A DNA stretch of 64,000 bases, taken from Fidelibacterota bacterium. GTDB lineage: Bacteria > Fidelibacterota > Marinisomatia > Marinisomatales > TCS55. Below are positions 62,256-64,000 of this stretch, piece after piece; positions within the stretch are counted from its first letter, which is position 1, and each line of letters starts with the position of its first letter. The stretch covers positions 688 to 64,687 of the forward strand of contig JAYZHP010000081.1 of NCBI GenBank assembly GCA_036166415.1, read 5' to 3'. The notes under the pieces were generated by a model. That model had not been told where the DNA came from. It saw only the letters and a list, made by a program, of their open reading frames with translations, and searched no databases. The position numbers and the translations under genes were made by a program.

Positions 62256-63374
62256 TTAAAAATTGAAAAAGAACTCAGGCATCGAAATAATATATTTTAG
62301 GTTAAAGAACCAGCGAAGATACATTTTTACAGGGAGTAATGCACCAAAAAGCATCAACACTACAAAAATAGTATATCTGGCACTACCTAGCCTATCGTAA
62401 AAACTTTTTAATAGCGTCTTTGCAAGCAAAGGAGGCAAGACAGCAAAAATAATAAATACTATAAATAGGCCTGGCGCTTCTCTCAGTAAAATATTAGATG
62501 GTAGACCAGTATTAAGCCATTTAACATAAAAAAGTTCGGATAGATTAACATTGGTTAGAGCCTCAAGTCTATGGGGGTCCCAGTACTCAAATGGGCCAAA
62601 AAATCCCCAATTCGGACCTCTTAAAAACGTACCAATAACGATTAAAACATTCCACAATACAAGCCATCCAAAAAGATAGATTGAAACAGAAAGCATCCTA
62701 TTTTTGTAACTAAAATAGCCCGAGCCATTTGGATCAGAATCAATATAGGGGATTGCCATTAAACCAATAATAATAAATGTAGGTAACACGACACCAGCAT
62801 ACCATGGGTCAAAATATACAAGCATTTCCTGTAGGCCTAAAAAATACCAGGGAGCTTTTGCTGGGTTTGGAGATTCGGATGGATTGGCTGGCTGTTCTAA
62901 TGGAGCTGGTAGTCCAATTGACCAAATCAACATGAATGCAGAAAATAAAATCAATGAGATAAGCTCTACATATACTAAATCCGGCCAAACAAGTACCTTG
63001 TCATTAGGAGCTTCATAATGCTCATCAACAGGTTTTCCTTGATCAATAAGCTTATCATTTTTATAAGCTTGATGCATACTTAGCCAAGTAAAAAATATCA
63101 ATAAAATAATAAGGCCCGATATTGGAACATTATCAGGTTTTAAAACAATTTTCTTAAAATTATCATCACCAAGTCCAAATATAAAAAAGGCAATTGTAAC
63201 TGATGTCATTACAATTAAACCTTTCATCGTCCATAGCTTATCTAGCCCAAGTTTTTTGTGGATCTTATAAAACCAATTTGAAGGTGGAAAAACAAAAGGG
63301 AATCCTACAATAACCGCAGTAACCAGTATAGTAGGATTAGAAATATAATTGATTAATGACTTAAAACCTTCCAT
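62256..63374 (-). CDS. cytochrome b C-terminal domain / b6f subunit-IV-like protein, expanded (372 aa)
   Basis: The core VWPDLVYVE...NPAKAPWYFLGLQEMLVY aligns with the PetD / cyt b C-terminal region including the PEWY position. Extra TM helices are present on both sides. Confidence 0.75.
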   Translation of the reverse strand: MEGFKSLINYISNPTILVTAVIVGFPFVFPPSNWFYKIHKKLGLDKLWTMKGLIVMTSVTIAFFIFGLGDDNFKKIVLKPDNVPISGLIILLIFFTWLSMHQAYKNDKLIDQGKPVDEHYEAPNDKVLVWPDLVYVELISLILFSAFMLIWSIGLPAPLEQPANPSESPNPAKAPWYFLGLQEMLVYFDPWYAGVVLPTFIIIGLMAIPYIDSDPNGSGYFSYKNRMLSVSIYLFGWLVLWNVLIVIGTFLRGPNWGFFGPFEYWDPHRLEALTNVNLSELFYVKWLNTGLPSNILLREAPGLFIVFIIFAVLPPLLAKTLLKSFYDRLGSARYTIFVVLMLFGALLPVKMYLRWFFNLKYIISMPEFFFNF

Positions 63375-63379
63375 AGCAT

Positions 63380-64000
63380 TTAAACTGGAGTAGAGATACC
63401 CCCGTCTTTACGTATTCTCCAAAAATGAACAGCCATGAATATCATAATAATAAATGGTAGACCTATGCAATGAAGAACATAAAATCTTAACAGCGTTGCT
63501 TCACCTAAAAATCTACCGCCAATCAATCCAAACCTTGCATCACTTGCCTTTGTAATAAAATTGATATCTCCAATAGCAAGCAATGATGATCCTGGACCTT
63601 CTGCTCCTAGAAAAGGGGTTGCTCCTGCCATATTTGAGCCAACTGCAATAGCCCATATTGCTAATTGATCCCAAGGAAGTAAGTATCCGGTAAAACTTAA
63701 TAGTAATGTCAAAACAAGCAGAATGACACCAACCGCCCAATTGAATTCCCTTGGTGGTTTATATGATCCTGTCATAAATACTCTAAACATATGCAACCAC
63801 ACAGTAATTACCATAGCATGCGCACCCCATCTATGAATTTCTCGCATTATTCCAAATGGAACCTGTTCAGTCAAATCCATAATATCAGTATATGCGTATT
63901 CAATTGTGGGCCTATAATAGAACATCAAAAGTATTCCAGAGATTGTCAAAATTAGAAAAATAAAAAATGATAACCCTCCCATGCACCAAGTGAATTTGAG
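63380..64000 (-). CDS. cytochrome b6-like N-terminal cytochrome b (partial, N-terminus beyond window end)
   Basis: [56 protein letters not shown] and [12 protein letters not shown] match cytochrome b6/b. The frame stays open to position 64000. Confidence 0.85.
   Translation of the reverse strand, partial: LKFTWCMGGLSFFIFLILTISGILLMFYYRPTIEYAYTDIMDLTEQVPFGIMREIHRWGAHAMVITVWLHMFRVFMTGSYKPPREFNWAVGVILLVLTLLLSFTGYLLPWDQLAIWAIAVGSNMAGATPFLGAEGPGSSLLAIGDINFITKASDARFGLIGGRFLGEATLLRFYVLHCIGLPFIIMIFMAVHFWRIRKDGGISTPV

Overview
This is a densely coded, low-GC stretch of bacterial chromosome with about 60 genes. I saw no rRNA, tRNA, CRISPR array, transposase or integrase. A T9SS C-terminal sorting domain, a GldA/F/G-like ABC set, and DUF5916 and DUF1460 proteins point to a marine member of the Fibrobacteres-Chlorobi-Bacteroidetes superphylum; I cannot place it more precisely by eye.

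There are four main blocks:

- (1) 1-8.2 kb: lipid and quinone-type genes (fatty-acid hydroxylase, SDR, a PAS-fused MenA-like prenyltransferase) and a GldAFG-like ABC transporter.
- (2) 8.3-24.4 kb: one almost gap-free minus-strand operon. It combines Xaa-Pro aminopeptidase, a hydroxylysine-kinase-like kinase with a PHYKPL-type phospho-lyase, a LacZ-type GH2 lipoprotein and a Cys/Thr-type trans-3-hydroxyproline dehydratase. It also carries a Tat-exported GH109-like enzyme, two Na+/solute symporters, a galactokinase-like kinase with a nucleotidyltransferase, and a Kunitz/BPTI lipoprotein. I read it as a candidate pathway for glycosylated hydroxylysine/hydroxyproline (collagen-type) peptides. 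This is my best candidate for an undescribed system.
- (3) 24.7-42.8 kb: a peptidoglycan harvesting and recycling supercluster. It holds a LysA-like decarboxylase, a T9SS GH18, NamZ, PBP4, a GH3/beta-lactamase fusion, a DUF1460 amidase, NagZ, a BadF-type kinase, SpoIID, AmpG and an HGSNAT-like acetyltransferase.
- (4) 51.2-64 kb: a respiratory island. It holds an aa3 oxidase with its biogenesis genes, a divergent cupredoxin, and a split b6-like cytochrome b with an expanded subunit-IV-like protein and a 1013-aa octahaem cytochrome c. The octahaem protein and CoxB end in the same acidic DDWGDD(D/E)W tail.

All calls rest on motif recognition in the supplied translations and on my own reading of the intergenic DNA. 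No searches or computations were run.
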